This document shows positions 15,001 to 30,516 of a stretch of DNA of 64,000 nt, piece by piece; the stretch's first letter is position 1; each line of letters begins with the position of its first letter. Below the pieces are notes generated by a model. It saw only the letters and a list, made by a program, of their open reading frames with translations, searched no databases and was not told where the DNA came from. The stretch lies in NCBI RefSeq assembly GCF_009914755.1, contig NC_060940.1; one strand, given 5' to 3'. The position numbers were made by a program, and so were the translations under genes. The stretch comes from the human T2T-CHM13v2.0 reference genome, Homo sapiens.

Positions 15001-18000
15001 AATTCTATTCAATGATGTCTCCATTTGATTCCATTCGACCATGATTGCCTTTGATTCCATTCAATGATTCCATTCGGTTCCGTTTGATGATGATTCCGTT
15101 CGATTCCATTTGATGATTCCATTTGATTCCATTGGATGAGTCCATTCGATTACATTCGATGATTATTCCATTCGAGTGCATTAGATGATTCCATTCGAGT
15201 CCATTCGATGATTCCATTCGATTCCATTCGATGTTGATTCTGTTCAAATCCATTCGATGATTCCACTCGATTCCATTCGTTGACTCCATTTGATCCCATT
15301 CGATGATTTCCTTTGATTCCCTTTGATGATCATTCCATTTGATTCAATTCGGTGATTTCATTTGATTCCATTCAGTGATGTTTCCATTCGACTCCATTCG
15401 ATGATGATTCCATTCGACTCCATTCGATTATGATTTCATTCAATTCCATTCGATAATGATTCCCTTCGAGTCCATTCGATGATTCCATTCGATTCCATTC
15501 AACGATGATTTGATTCGTGTCCATTCGATGATTCCATTTGATTCCACTTGATGATGATTCCATTCGAGTCCATTTGATGATTCCATTCAATTCCATACTC
15601 CGATGATTTCTTTTGAGCCCACTCAATGCTTCCACTCGATTCCATATGATGATGACTCCATTCGATGAAATTCGATGATGATTCCATTCGCTTGCTTTCG
15701 ATGATGATTCCACTTGAGTCCGTTAGAAGATTCTATTCAATTACATTCCATGACGATTCCGTTCGAGTCCATTTGATGATTCCATTAGACTCCATTCGAC
15801 GATGATTCCATTCGATGTTATTCGATGATTCCATTCGATCTCATTCGATGATGATTCCATTCAACTCCATTCGATGTTTCCATTCGAGTTCATTCTATTA
15901 TTCCATTAGATTCCATTCGATGATGATTCCATTCGATTCCATTTGATGATTGCATTCTATTTCATTTGATGATGATTCCATTCGAGTCCACTCGATGATT
16001 CCATTCGAGTCCATTTAATGAATCCATTGGTTTCAATTCTATGATGATTACATTGGATTCCATTCGTTGATGATTTCATTCGGTTCCATTCAATGATGAT
16101 TCCATTCAATTCCTTTCAATGTTTCCATTCAATTCCATACGATGATGATTCCATTTGATTTGATTCGACAGTGAGCCATTCGATTCAATTCCATGATGAT
16201 TCTATTTGATTCAATTGGTTGACATTTCCATTCGATTCCATTCGATGATGATTCCCTTTGATTCCGTTCCAAGATGATTCCATTCTAGCCCATTCAATCA
16301 TTCCATTCGATTCTATTCAATGATGATTCCATTCAAGTCGATTTGGTGATTCCATTTGACTTCATTTGATGATGATTCCTTTCAAGTTCATTAGATGATT
16401 CCATTCGATTCCATTTGATGATGATCCCATTCGAGTCCATTCAGTGATTCCATTCGTTTCCATTCCATGATGATTCCATTCCTTTCCATTCAATGATTCC
16501 ATTCGATTCCGTTTGATGATGATTTCATTCGAGTCCATTTGATGATTCCATTTGATTCCATTCGATGATGATTCCATTCGAGTCCATTCGATGATTCTAT
16601 TCGAATCCATTTGATGATTTCTTTTGATTATATTTGGTGATGATTCCATTGGAGTCCATTCAATGATTCCATTCTATTCCAATCGATGATGATTCCATTA
16701 GAGTCCATTTAATGATTCCATTTGATTCCAGTCTCTGATGATTACATTCGAGTCCATACGATGATTCCACTCAATTCCATATGATGATGATTCCATTTGA
16801 TTCCATTCGGTGATTCCATTCTATTCTATTCAATGGTGATTCCATTCGAGTACATTAGATGATTCCATTCGTTTCCATTCAATGATGATTCTATTTGTGT
16901 CCCTTAGATGATTCCACATGATTCCATTAGATGATGATACTATTTGAGCCCATCCAATGATTCCCTTCGATTCCATTCGATGAGGATTCCATTCGATTCA
17001 ATTCATTGGTGATTCTATTCAATTCAATTCTTTGATTCCATTCCATTCCATTCGACAATGATTCCATTCGATTTCTTTCGATGATTCCACTCGATTCCAC
17101 TTGACATTGATTCCATTCGATTCCATTCGTTGATTCCATTTGATTCCAGTGGGTGATGATTGCCATCGATTCCATTCGATCACTCCATTCTATTCCATTT
17201 GATGATGATTACATTCGATTCCATTTGATGATTCCATCTGATTCTATTCGAGGATTCCATTTGATTCCATTCGATGATGATTCCATTCGAGTCCATTCGA
17301 TGATTTCATTCGAGTACATCCAATGATTCCATTCGAGTCCATTAGATGATTCCATTTGATTCCATTTGAAAATGATTCTACTAGAGTCCATTCAATGACT
17401 CCATTCGAGTCCATTCAACAATTCCATTCGACTCCATTCGATGATTCCATTCGATTCCATTTGATGGTTCCATTCGAGTCCATTTAATCATTACAGTCGA
17501 GTCCATTTGGTGATTCCACTGGATTTCTTTTGATAATGATACCATTCAATTGCATTTGATGATGATCCCATTCAATTTCATTTGATGATGATTCCATTAG
17601 AGTCCATTCGATGATTTCATTCGAGTCCCTTCATTGATTCCATCCGATTTCATTGGATGATGACTCCATTCGAGTCCATTCGATGTTTCCACTCGATTCC
17701 ATTAGATGACTCCATTGGAGTCCATTTGATTGTTCCATTCGATTCCATTCGATTCCTTTCAAAGATTATTCCATTTGAGTCCATTCGATGATGATTCCAT
17801 TCCATTCCATTCGATGATTCCGTTTGATTCCATTCGATGATTCCCTTCGATTCCTTTCTTTGATGATTCCATTCCATTCCATTCAATGATTCCATTCGAA
17901 TCTATTCCATGATGATTCCTTTCGATTCCATTCGCTGATGTTTCCGTTCAATTCCATTCGATGATGATTCCATTCGATTCCATTCATTGAGGATTCCATT

Positions 18001-21000
18001 TGATTCCATTCAATGATGATTCCATTCTATTCCATTCAATGATTGCATTCAATTCCATTCAATGATTATCCCATTAGAGTAAACTCAACGATTCCATTCA
18101 ATACCATTCGATGATGATTCCTTTTGAGTCCATTCAATGATTTCATTCAAGTCCATTTGATGATTCCTTTCAATTCCATTCTATGATGATTCCATTCGAG
18201 TCCATTCGATGATTCCATTCGATTGCATTCGATGATTCCATTATATTCCATTCAACGGTGATTCCATTCGAGTCCATTCCATGATTCCATTAGAGTACAT
18301 TTAATGATTGCTTTGTTTTCAATTCGAAGATGATTACATTGGATTCCATTCTATGATACCATTCGATTCCATTCAATGATGATTCCACTCAAATCCATTG
18401 GATGATTCCATTCGTGTCCATTCGGTGATTTCATTAGATTCCATTCGAGGATGATTCCATTCGATTCCATTCGATGATTCCATTCAATTCCATTCGATGA
18501 TGATTCCATTCCAGTCCATATGATCATTCCATTTGATTTCATTCGATGATGATTCCATTCGATTCGATTCGACGATTCCATTCTATTCCATTCGATGATG
18601 ATTCCATTCGAGTCCATTCGATCATTCCATTCGAGTCCATTTAATGATTCCATTGGGTTCAATTCAATGATGATTACATTGGATTCCGTTCTATGATTCC
18701 ATTCAATTCCGTTCATTGACAATTTGATTCCATTCGATGATGATTCCATTTGAGTTCATTCGATGATTCTATTCGATTCTCTTCGATGGTGATTCAATTC
18801 TATTATATTGGATGATTCCATTCGATTCCATTTGATGTTGATTCAATTCGATTCTATTCGATGATGATTCCATTGGATTTCACTTGATGATTCTATTCGA
18901 TTCCATTCAATGATGATTCACTTCTCGTCCATTGGATGATTCCATTTCATTCCATTCGATGATGATTCCATTCGATTCCATTCGATGATTCCATTTGATT
19001 CCATGCGACGGTGAGCAATTCGATTCAATTCCATGATGATTCTATTTGATTCAATTAGATGATGTTTCCATTCGAATCCATTCCATGATTATTCCATTGG
19101 AATCCATTCGGCGATGATTCCATATGAGTCAATTCAATGATGATTCCATATGGGTCCGTTCGATGATAATTCCATTTGATTTCATTCGATGCTTCTATTC
19201 TATTCCAGTCGATGATGATTCCGTTGGAGTCCATACGATGATTCCATTTGATTTCATTTGATGATGATTCCATTCGATGATGATTACATTGGATTCCATT
19301 CTATGATTCCATTCAATTCCATTCGTTGATGATTCGATTCCCTTCAATGATGATTCCACTTGAGTTCATTCGATGATTCTATTCGATTCCGTTCGATGGA
19401 GATTCAATTCTCTTATATTGGATGATTCCACTCGATTCCATTTGATGATTATTCCATTGGAGTCCACTTAGTGAATCCTTTAGATTCTACTCGAAGATGA
19501 TTCCATTCGAGTCCATTCGATGATACCATTCAATTCCATTCGTTGATGCTTCCATTCAAGTGCATTCGATGATATCATTCGATTCCATTTGATGATAATT
19601 CCATTTGATTCCATGCGATGATTCTATTCGATTCCATTCAATGATAATTCCATTCAATTCAGTGATTCCTCTGGACTCCATTTGATGATGATTCCATTCA
19701 ATGATTCCATTCGATTCTATTCGAAAATGATTCCATTTGAATCCATTTGATGATGATTCCATTAGATTCCATTTGATGATTCCATTCGATTCCATTCGAC
19801 GATGATTCCATTCGATTCCGTTTGATGATTCCATTCTATTCTATTCGATGATGATTCCATTCGATTCCATTCGATGATGATTGGATTCGATTCCATTGGA
19901 TGATTTCATTTGATTCCATTCGTTAATGATTTCGATCAATTCCATTCGATGATTCCATTCGATTCCATTCGATAATGATTACATCCGAGTCCATTCGATG
20001 ATTCCATTTGAGCCTGTTCGATAATTCCATTTGAGTCCAACCAATGATTCCATTCATTTCCATTCAATGATTCCATTCGAGTCCATTTGATCATTCCGGT
20101 TGGGTCCATTCGATGTTGATTCCATTGGAGTGCATTCGATGATTCCATTCGAGTCCATTTTAGGATTTGATTCGAGTCCTTTCGATGATTCCATTCGATT
20201 CCACTCGATGATGATTTCATTCGAGTCCATTCGACACTTCCAATCGATTCCATTTGATGATTCCATTCGAGTCCAATTGATGATTCCATTCAATTCCATT
20301 CGATGATGATTCCGTACGATTCCATTCTGTGATGATTCCTTGTGATTGCATTCAATGATGATTCCTTTCGATTGCATTCAATTATGATTCATTTCGTGTT
20401 CATTCTATGGTTCCACAGGTTTCCATTCGTGTCCATTCCATTATTCCATTCTATTCCATTTGATGATGATTCCATTCGATTCCATTCATTGGTGATTCCA
20501 CTCAATTCCATTCAATGATTCCATTCCATTTCTTTCAACAATGATTCCATTAGTTTCTAATCGATGATCCACTTGATTCCATTTGACGACGATTCCATTC
20601 TTGTCCATTCGATGATTCCATTTGATTCCATATGATGATGATTCCATTCGATTCCATACCATGATGATTCCATTCGAGTCCATTCAATGGTGATTCCATT
20701 CAATTCCATTCGATGATTCCTTTTGATTCCATTCGATGATGATGGCATTCGATTCCTTTCAATCATTCCCTTTGATTCCATTCAAAGGTGATTTCATTCA
20801 AGTCCATTCGATAATTGCATTCGATTCCATTCTATGATGATTCCATTCGAGTCCATTTGATGATTCCATTCAATTCAAGTCAATGATGATTCCATTCGAT
20901 TCCATTCGATGATTCCATTGGATTCCATTCGATGATGATTCCATTCAAATCCATTCGATAATTCAATTCAAGTCCATTCGATGATGATTCCAATCGAATC

Positions 21001-24000
21001 CATTCAAAGATTCCATTCTGTTCCATTCGATGATTCCCTTAGATTCCATTCGATGATTCCACTTGATTGCATTTACGATGATTCCATTCGATTCCATGTG
21101 ATGATTCCATTCAATTCTATTCAATGATGTCTCCATTTGATTCCATTCGACCATGATTGCCTTTGATTCCATTCAATGATTCCATTCGGTTCCGTTTGAT
21201 GATGATTCCGTTCGATTCCATTTGATGATTCCATTTGATTCCATTGGATGAGTCCATTCGATTACATTCGATGATTATTCCATTCGAGTGCATTAGATGA
21301 TTCCATTCGAGTCCATTCGATGATTCCATTCGATTCCATTCGATGTTGATTCTGTTCAAATCCATTCGATGATTCCACTCGATTCCATTCGTTGACTCCA
21401 TTTGATCCCATTTGATGATTTCCTTTGATTCCCTTTGATGATCATTCCATTTGATTCAATTCGGTGATTTCATTTGATTCCATTCAGTGATGTTTCCATT
21501 CGACTCCATTCGATGATGATTCCATTCGACTCCATTCGATTATGATTTCATTCAATTCCATTCGATAATGATTCCCTTCGAGTCCATTCGATGATTCCAT
21601 TCGATTCCATTCAACGATGATTTGATTCGTGTCCATTCGATGATTCCATTTGATTCCACTTGATGATGATTCCATTCGAGTCCATTTGATGATTCCATTC
21701 AATTCCATACTCCGATGATTTCTTTTGAGCCCACTCAATGCTTCCACTCGATTCCATATGATGATGACTCCATTCGATGAAATTCGATGATGATTCCATT
21801 CGCTTGCTTTCGATGATGATTCCACTTGAGTCCGTTAGAAGATTCTATTCAATTACATTCCATGACGATTCCGTTCGAGTCCATTTGATGATTCCATTAG
21901 ACTCCATTCGACGATGATTCCATTCGATGTTATTCGATGATTCCATTCGATCTCATTCGATGATGATTCCATTCAACTCCATTCGATGTTTCCATTCGAG
22001 TTCATTCTATTATTCCATTAGATTCCATTCGATGATGATTCCATTCGATTCCATTTGATGATTGCATTCTATTTCATTTGATGATGATTCCATTCGAGTC
22101 CACTCGATGATTCCATTCGAGTCCATTTAATGAATCCATTGGTTTCAATTCTATGATGATTACATTGGATTCCATTCGTTGATGATTTCATTCGGTTCCA
22201 TTCAATGATGATTCCATTCAATTCCTTTCAATGTTTCCATTCAATTCCATACGATGATGATTCCATTTGATTTGATTCGACAGTGAGCCATTCGATTCAA
22301 TTCCATGATGATTCTATTTGATTCAATTGGTTGACATTTCCATTCGATTCCATTCGATGATGATTCCCTTTGATTCCGTTCCAAGATGATTCCATTCTAG
22401 CCCATTCAATCATTCCATTCGATTCTATTCAATGATGATTCCATTCAAGTCGATTTGGTGATTCCATTTGACTTCATTTGATGATGATTCCTTTCAAGTT
22501 CATTAGATGATTCCATTCGATTCCATTTGATGATGATCCCATTCGAGTCCATTCAGTGATTCCATTCGTTTCCATTCCATGATGATTCCATTCCTTTCCA
22601 TTCAATGATTCCATTCGATTCCGTTTGATGATGATTTCATTCGAGTCCATTTGATGATTCCATTTGATTCCATTCGATGATGATTCCATTCGAGTCCATT
22701 CGATGATTCTATTCGAATCCATTTGATGATTTCTTTTGATTATATTTGGTGATGATTCCATTGGAGTCCATTCAATGATTCCATTCTATTCCAATCGATG
22801 ATGATTCCATTAGAGTCCATTTAATGATTCCATTTGATTCCAGTCTCTGATGATTACATTCGAGTCCATACGATGATTCCACTCAATTCCATATGATGAT
22901 GATTCCATTTGATTCCATTCGGTGATTCCATTCTATTCTATTCAATGGTGATTCCATTCGAGTACATTAGATGATTCCATTCGTTTCCATTCAATGATGA
23001 TTCTATTTGTGTCCCTTAGATGATTCCACATGATTCCATTAGATGATGATACTATTTGAGCCCATCCAATGATTCCCTTCGATTCCATTCGATGAGGATT
23101 CCATTCGATTCAATTCATTGGTGATTCTATTCAATTCAATTCTTTGATTCCATTCCATTCCATTCGACAATGATTCCATTCGATTTCTTTCGATGATTCC
23201 ACTCGATTCCACTTGACATTGATTCCATTCGATTCCATTCGTTGATTCCATTTGATTCCAGTGGGTGATGATTGCCATCGATTCCATTCGATCACTCCAT
23301 TCTATTCCATTTGATGATGATTACATTCGATTCCATTTGATGATTCCATCTGATTCTATTCGAGGATTCCATTTGATTCCATTCGATGATGATTCCATTC
23401 GAGTCCATTCGATGATTTCATTCGAGTACATCCAATGATTCCATTCGAGTCCATTAGATGATTCCATTTGATTCCATTTGAAAATGATTCTACTAGAGTC
23501 CATTCAATGACTCCATTCGAGTCCATTCAACAATTCCATTCGACTCCATTCGATGATTCCATTCGATTCCATTTGATGGTTCCATTCGAGTCCATTTAAT
23601 CATTACAGTCGAGTCCATTTGGTGATTCCACTGGATTTCTTTTGATAATGATACCATTCAATTGCATTTGATGATGATCCCATTCAATTTCATTTGATGA
23701 TGATTCCATTAGGGTCCATTCGATGATTTCATTCGAGTCCCTTCATTGATTCCATCCGATTTCATTGGATGATGACTCCATTCGAGTCCATTCGATGTTT
23801 CCACTCGATTCCATTAGATGACTCCATTGGAGTCCATTTGATTGTTCCATTCGATTCCATTCGATTCCTTTCAAAGATTATTCCATTTGAGTCCATTCGA
23901 TGATGATTCCATTCCATTCCATTCGATGATTCCGTTTGATTCCATTCGATGATTCCCTTCGATTCCTTTCTTTGATGATTCCATTCCATTCCATTCAATG

Positions 24001-27000
24001 ATTCCATTCGAATCTATTCCATGATGATTCCTTTCGATTCCATTCGCTGATGTTTCCGTTCAATTCCATTCGATGATGATTCCATTCGATTCCATTCATT
24101 GAGGATTCCATTTGATTCCATTCAATGATGATTCCATTCTATTCCATTCAATGATTGCATTCAATTCCATTCAATGATTATCCCATTAGAGTAAACTCAA
24201 CGATTCCATTCAATACCATTCGATGATGATTCCTTTTGAGTCCATTCAATGATTTCATTCAAGTCCATTTGATGATTCCTTTCAATTCCATTCTATGATG
24301 ATTCCATTCGAGTCCATTCGATGATTCCATTCGATTGCATTCGATGATTCCATTATATTCCATTCAACGGTGATTCCATTCGAGTCCATTCCATGATTCC
24401 ATTAGAGTACATTTAATGATTGCTTTGTTTTCAATTCGAAGATGATTACATTGGATTCCATTCTATGATACCATTCGATTCCATTCAATGATGATTCCAC
24501 TCAAATCCATTGGATGATTCCATTCGTGTCCATTCGGTGATTTCATTAGATTCCATTCGAGGATGATTCCATTCGATTCCATTCGATGATTCCATTCAAT
24601 TCCATTCGATGATGATTCCATTCCAGTCCATATGATCATTCCATTTGATTTCATTCGATGATGATTCCATTCGATTCGATTCGACGATTCCATTCTATTC
24701 CATTCGATGATGATTCCATTCGAGTCCATTCGATCATTCCATTCGAGTCCATTTAATGATTCCATTGGGTTCAATTCAATGATGATTACATTGGATTCCG
24801 TTCTATGATTCCATTCAATTCCGTTCATTGACAATTTGATTCCATTCGATGATGATTCCATTTGAGTTCATTCGATGATTCTATTCGATTCTCTTCGATG
24901 GTGATTCAATTCTATTATATTGGATGATTCCATTCGATTCCATTTGATGTTGATTCAATTCGATTCTATTCGATGATGATTCCATTGGATTTCACTTGAT
25001 GATTCTATTCGATTCCATTCAATGATGATTCACTTCTCGTCCATTGGATGATTCCATTTCATTCCATTCGATGATGATTCCATTCGATTCCATTCGATGA
25101 TTCCATTTGATTCCATGCGACGGTGAGCAATTCGATTCAATTCCATGATGATTCTATTTGATTCAATTAGATGATGTTTCCATTCGAATCCATTCCATGA
25201 TTATTCCATTGGAATCCATTCGGCGATGATTCCATATGAGTCAATTCAATGATGATTCCATATGGGTCCGTTCGATGATAATTCCATTTGATTTCATTCG
25301 ATGCTTCTATTCTATTCCAGTCGATGATGATTCCGTTGGAGTCCATACGATGATTCCATTTGATTTCATTTGATGATGATTCCATTCGATGATGATTACA
25401 TTGGATTCCATTCTATGATTCCATTCAATTCCATTCGTTGATGATTCGATTCCCTTCAATGATGATTCCACTTGAGTTCATTCGATGATTCTATTCGATT
25501 CCGTTCGATGGAGATTCAATTCTCTTATATTGGATGATTCCACTCGATTCCATTTGATGATTATTCCATTGGAGTCCACTTAGTGAATCCTTTAGATTCT
25601 ACTCGAAGATGATTCCATTCGAGTCCATTCGATGATACCATTCAATTCCATTCGTTGATGCTTCCATTCAAGTGCATTCGATGATATCATTCGATTCCAT
25701 TTGATGATAATTCCATTTGATTCCATGCGATGATTCTATTCGATTCCATTCAATGATAATTCCATTCAATTCAGTGATTCCTCTGGACTCCATTTGATGA
25801 TGATTCCATTCAATGATTCCATTCGATTCTATTCGAAAATGATTCCATTTGAATCCATTTGATGATGATTCCATTAGATTCCATTTGATGATTCCATTCG
25901 ATTCCATTCGACGATGATTCCATTCGATTCCGTTTGATGATTCCATTCTATTCTATTCGATGATGATTCCATTCGATTCCATTCGATGATGATTGGATTC
26001 GATTCCATTGGATGATTTCATTTGATTCCATTCGTTAATGATTTCGATCAATTCCATTCGATGATTCCATTCGATTCCATTCGATAATGATTACATCCGA
26101 GTCCATTCGATGATTCCATTTGAGCCTGTTCGATAATTCCATTTGAGTCCAACCAATGATTCCATTCATTTCCATTCAATGATTCCATTCGAGTCCATTT
26201 GATCATTCCGGTTGGGTCCATTCGATGTTGATTCCATTGGAGTGCATTCGATGATTCCATTCGAGTCCATTTTAGGATTTGATTCGAGTCCTTTCGATGA
26301 TTCCATTCGATTCCACTCGATGATGATTTCATTCGAGTCCATTCGACACTTCCAATCGATTCCATTTGATGATTCCATTCGAGTCCAATTGATGATTCCA
26401 TTCAATTCCATTCGATGATGATTCCGTACGATTCCATTCTGTGATGATTCCTTGTGATTGCATTCAATGATGATTCCTTTCGATTGCATTCAATTATGAT
26501 TCATTTCGTGTTCATTCTATGGTTCCACAGGTTTCCATTCGTGTCCATTCCATTATTCCATTCTATTCCATTTGATGATGATTCCATTCGATTCCATTCA
26601 TTGGTGATTCCACTCAATTCCATTCAATGATTCCATTCCATTTCTTTCAACAATGATTCCATTAGTTTCTAATCGATGATCCACTTGATTCCATTTGACG
26701 ACGATTCCATTCTTGTCCATTCGATGATTCCATTTGATTCCATATGATGATGATTCCATTCGATTCCATACCATGATGATTCCATTCGAGTCCATTCAAT
26801 GGTGATTCCATTCAATTCCATTCGATGATTCCTTTTGATTCCATTCGATGATGATGGCATTCGATTCCTTTCAATCATTCCCTTTGATTCCATTCAAAGG
26901 TGATTTCATTCAAGTCCATTCGATAATTGCATTCGATTCCATTCTATGATGATTCCATTCGAGTCCATTTGATGATTCCATTCAATTCAAGTCAATGATG

Positions 27001-30000
27001 ATTCCATTCGATTCCATTCGATGATTCCATTGGATTCCATTCGATGATGATTCCATTCAAATCCATTCGATAATTCAATTCAAGTCCATTCGATGATGAT
27101 TCCAATCGAATCCATTCAAAGATTCCATTCTGTTCCATTCGATGATTCCCTTAGATTCCATTCGATGATTCCACTTGATTGCATTTACGATGATTCCATT
27201 CGATTCCATGTGATGATTCCATTCAATTCTATTCAATGATGTCTCCATTTGATTCCATTCGACCATGATTGCCTTTGATTCCATTCAATGATTCCATTCG
27301 GTTCCGTTTGATGATGATTCCGTTCGATTCCATTTGATGATTCCATTTGATTCCATTGGATGAGTCCATTCGATTACATTCGATGATTATTCCATTCGAG
27401 TGCATTAGATGATTCCATTCGAGTCCATTCGATGATTCCATTCGATTCCATTCGATGTTGATTCTGTTCAAATCCATTCGATGATTCCACTCGATTCCAT
27501 TCGTTGACTCCATTTGATCCCATTTGATGATTTCCTTTGATTCCCTTTGATGATCATTCCATTTGATTCAATTCGGTGATTTCATTTGATTCCATTCAGT
27601 GATGTTTCCATTCGACTCCATTCGATGATGATTCCATTCGACTCCATTCGATTATGATTTCATTCAATTCCATTCGATAATGATTCCCTTCGAGTCCATT
27701 CGATGATTCCATTCGATTCCATTCAACGATGATTTGATTCGTGTCCATTCGATGATTCCATTTGATTCCACTTGATGATGATTCCATTCGAGTCCATTTG
27801 ATGATTCCATTCAATTCCATACTCCGATGATTTCTTTTGAGCCCACTCAATGCTTCCACTCGATTCCATATGATGATGACTCCATTCGATGAAATTCGAT
27901 GATGATTCCATTCGCTTGCTTTCGATGATGATTCCACTTGAGTCCGTTAGAAGATTCTATTCAATTACATTCCATGACGATTCCGTTCGAGTCCATTTGA
28001 TGATTCCATTAGACTCCATTCGACGATGATTCCATTCGATGTTATTCGATGATTCCATTCGATCTCATTCGATGATGATTCCATTCAACTCCATTCGATG
28101 TTTCCATTCGAGTTCATTCTATTATTCCATTAGATTCAATTCGATGATGATTCCATTCGATTCCATTTGATGATTGCATTCTATTTCATTTGATGATGAT
28201 TCCATTCGAGTCCACTCGATGATTCCATTCGAGTCCATTTAATGAATCCATTGGTTTCAATTCTATGATGATTACATTGGATTCCATTCGTTGATGATTT
28301 CATTCGGTTCCATTCAATGATGATTCCATTCAATTCCTTTCAATGTTTCCATTCAATTCCATACGATGATGATTCCATTTGATTTGATTCGACAGTGAGC
28401 CATTCGATTCAATTCCATGATGATTCTATTTGATTCAATTGGTTGACATTTCCATTCGATTCCATTCGATGATGATTCCCTTTGATTCCGTTCAACGATG
28501 ATTCCATTCTAGCCCATTCAATCATTCCATTCGATTCTATTCAATGATGATTCCATTCATGTCGATTTGGTGATTCCATTTGACTTCATTTGATGATGAT
28601 TCCTTTCAAGTTCATTAGATGATTCCATTCGATTCCATTTGATGATGATCCCATTCGAGTCCATTCAGTGATTCCATTCGTTTCCATTCCATGATGATTC
28701 CATTCCTTTCCATTCAATGATTCCATTCGATTCCGTTTGATGATGATTTCATTCGAGTCCATTTGATGATTCCATTTGATTCCATTCGATGATGATTCCA
28801 TTCGAGTCCATTCGATGATTCTATTCGAATCCATTTGATGATTTCTTTTGATTATATTTGGTGATGATTCCATTGGAGTCCATTCAATGATTCCATTCTA
28901 TTCCAATCGATGATGATTCCATTAGAGTCCATTTAATGATTCCATTTGATTCCAGTCTCTGATGATTACATTCGAGTCCATACGATGATTCCACTCAATT
29001 CCATATGATGATGATTCCATTTGATTCCATTCGGTGATTCCATTCTATTCTATTCAATGGTGATTCCATTCGAGTACATTAGATGATTCCATTCGATTCC
29101 ATTCAATGATGATTCTATTTGTGTCCCTTAGATGATTCCACATGATTCCATTACATGATGATACTATTTGAGCCCATCCAATGATTCCCTTCGATTCCAT
29201 TCGATGAGGATTCCATTCGATTCAATTCATTGGTGATTCTATTCAATTCAATTCTTTGATTCCATTCCATTCCATTCGACAATGATTCCATTCGATTTCT
29301 TTCGATGATTCCACTTGATTCCACTTGACATTGATTCCATTCGATTCCATTCAATGATTCCATTTGATTCCAGTGGATGATGATTGCCATCGATTCCATT
29401 CGATCACTCCATTCTATTCCATTTGATGATGATTACATTCGATTCCATTTGATGATTCCATCTGATTCTATTCGAGGATTCCATTTGATTCCATTCGATG
29501 ATGATTCCATTCGAGTCCATTCGATGATTTCATTCGAGTACATCCAATGATTCCATTCGAGTCCATTAGATGATTCCATTTGATTCCATTTGAAAATGAT
29601 TCTACTAGAGTCCATTCAATGACTCCATTCGAGTCCATTCAACAATTCCATTCGACTCCATTCGATGATTCCATTCGATTCCATTTGATGGTTCCATTCG
29701 AGTCCATTTAATCATTACAGTCGAGTCCATTTGGTGATTCCACTGGATTTCTTTTGATAATGATACCATTCAATTACATTTGATGATGATCCCATTCAAT
29801 TTCATTTGATGATGATTCCATTAGAGTCCATTCGATGATTTCATTCGAGTCCCTTCATTGATTCCATCCGATTTCATTGGATGATGACTCCATTCGAGTC
29901 CATTCGATGTTTCCACTCGATTCCATTAGATGACTCCATTGGAGTCCATTTGATTGTTCCATTCGATTCCATTCGATTCCTTTCAAAGATTATTCCATTT

Positions 30001-30516
30001 GAGTCCATTCGATGATGATTCCATTCCATTCCATTCGATGATTCCGTTTGATTCCATTCGATGATTCCCTTCGATTCCTTTCTTTGATGATTCCATTCCA
30101 TTCCATTCAATGATTCCATTCGAATCTATTCCATGATGATTCCTTTCGATTCCATTCGCTGATGTTTCCGTTCAATTCCATTCGATGATGATTCCATTCG
30201 ATTCCATTCATTGAGGATTCCATTTGATTCCATTCAATGATGATTCCATTCTATTCCATTCAATGATTGCATTCAATTCCATTCAATGATTATCCCATTA
30301 GAGTAAACTCAACGATTCCATTCAATACCATTCGATGATGATTCCTTTTCAGTCCATTCAATGATTTCATTCAAGTCCATTTGATGATTCCTTTCAATTC
30401 CATTCTATGATGATTCCATTCGAGTCCATTCGATGATTCCATTCGATTGCATTCGATGATTCCATTATATTCCATTCAACGGTGATTCCATTCGAGTCCA
30501 TTCCATGATTCCATTA
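6069..30516 (+). repeat. Unit copies 2-5, four full-length 6,112-bp units (starts 6069, 12181, 18293, 24405)
   Basis: Constant 6112-bp offset of landmarks and ORFs (e.g. 6831, 12943, 19055, 25167, 31279). Only scattered substitutions seen between copies. Confidence 0.93.

Noticed and set aside
7876-26418. Plus-strand 68-aa ORF present only at 7876, 20100 and 26212
   Set aside because: It arises from a single A>T variant (CCGGTAGGG to CCGGTTGGG) that gives a TTG start. Useful as a haplotype marker, not as a gene.
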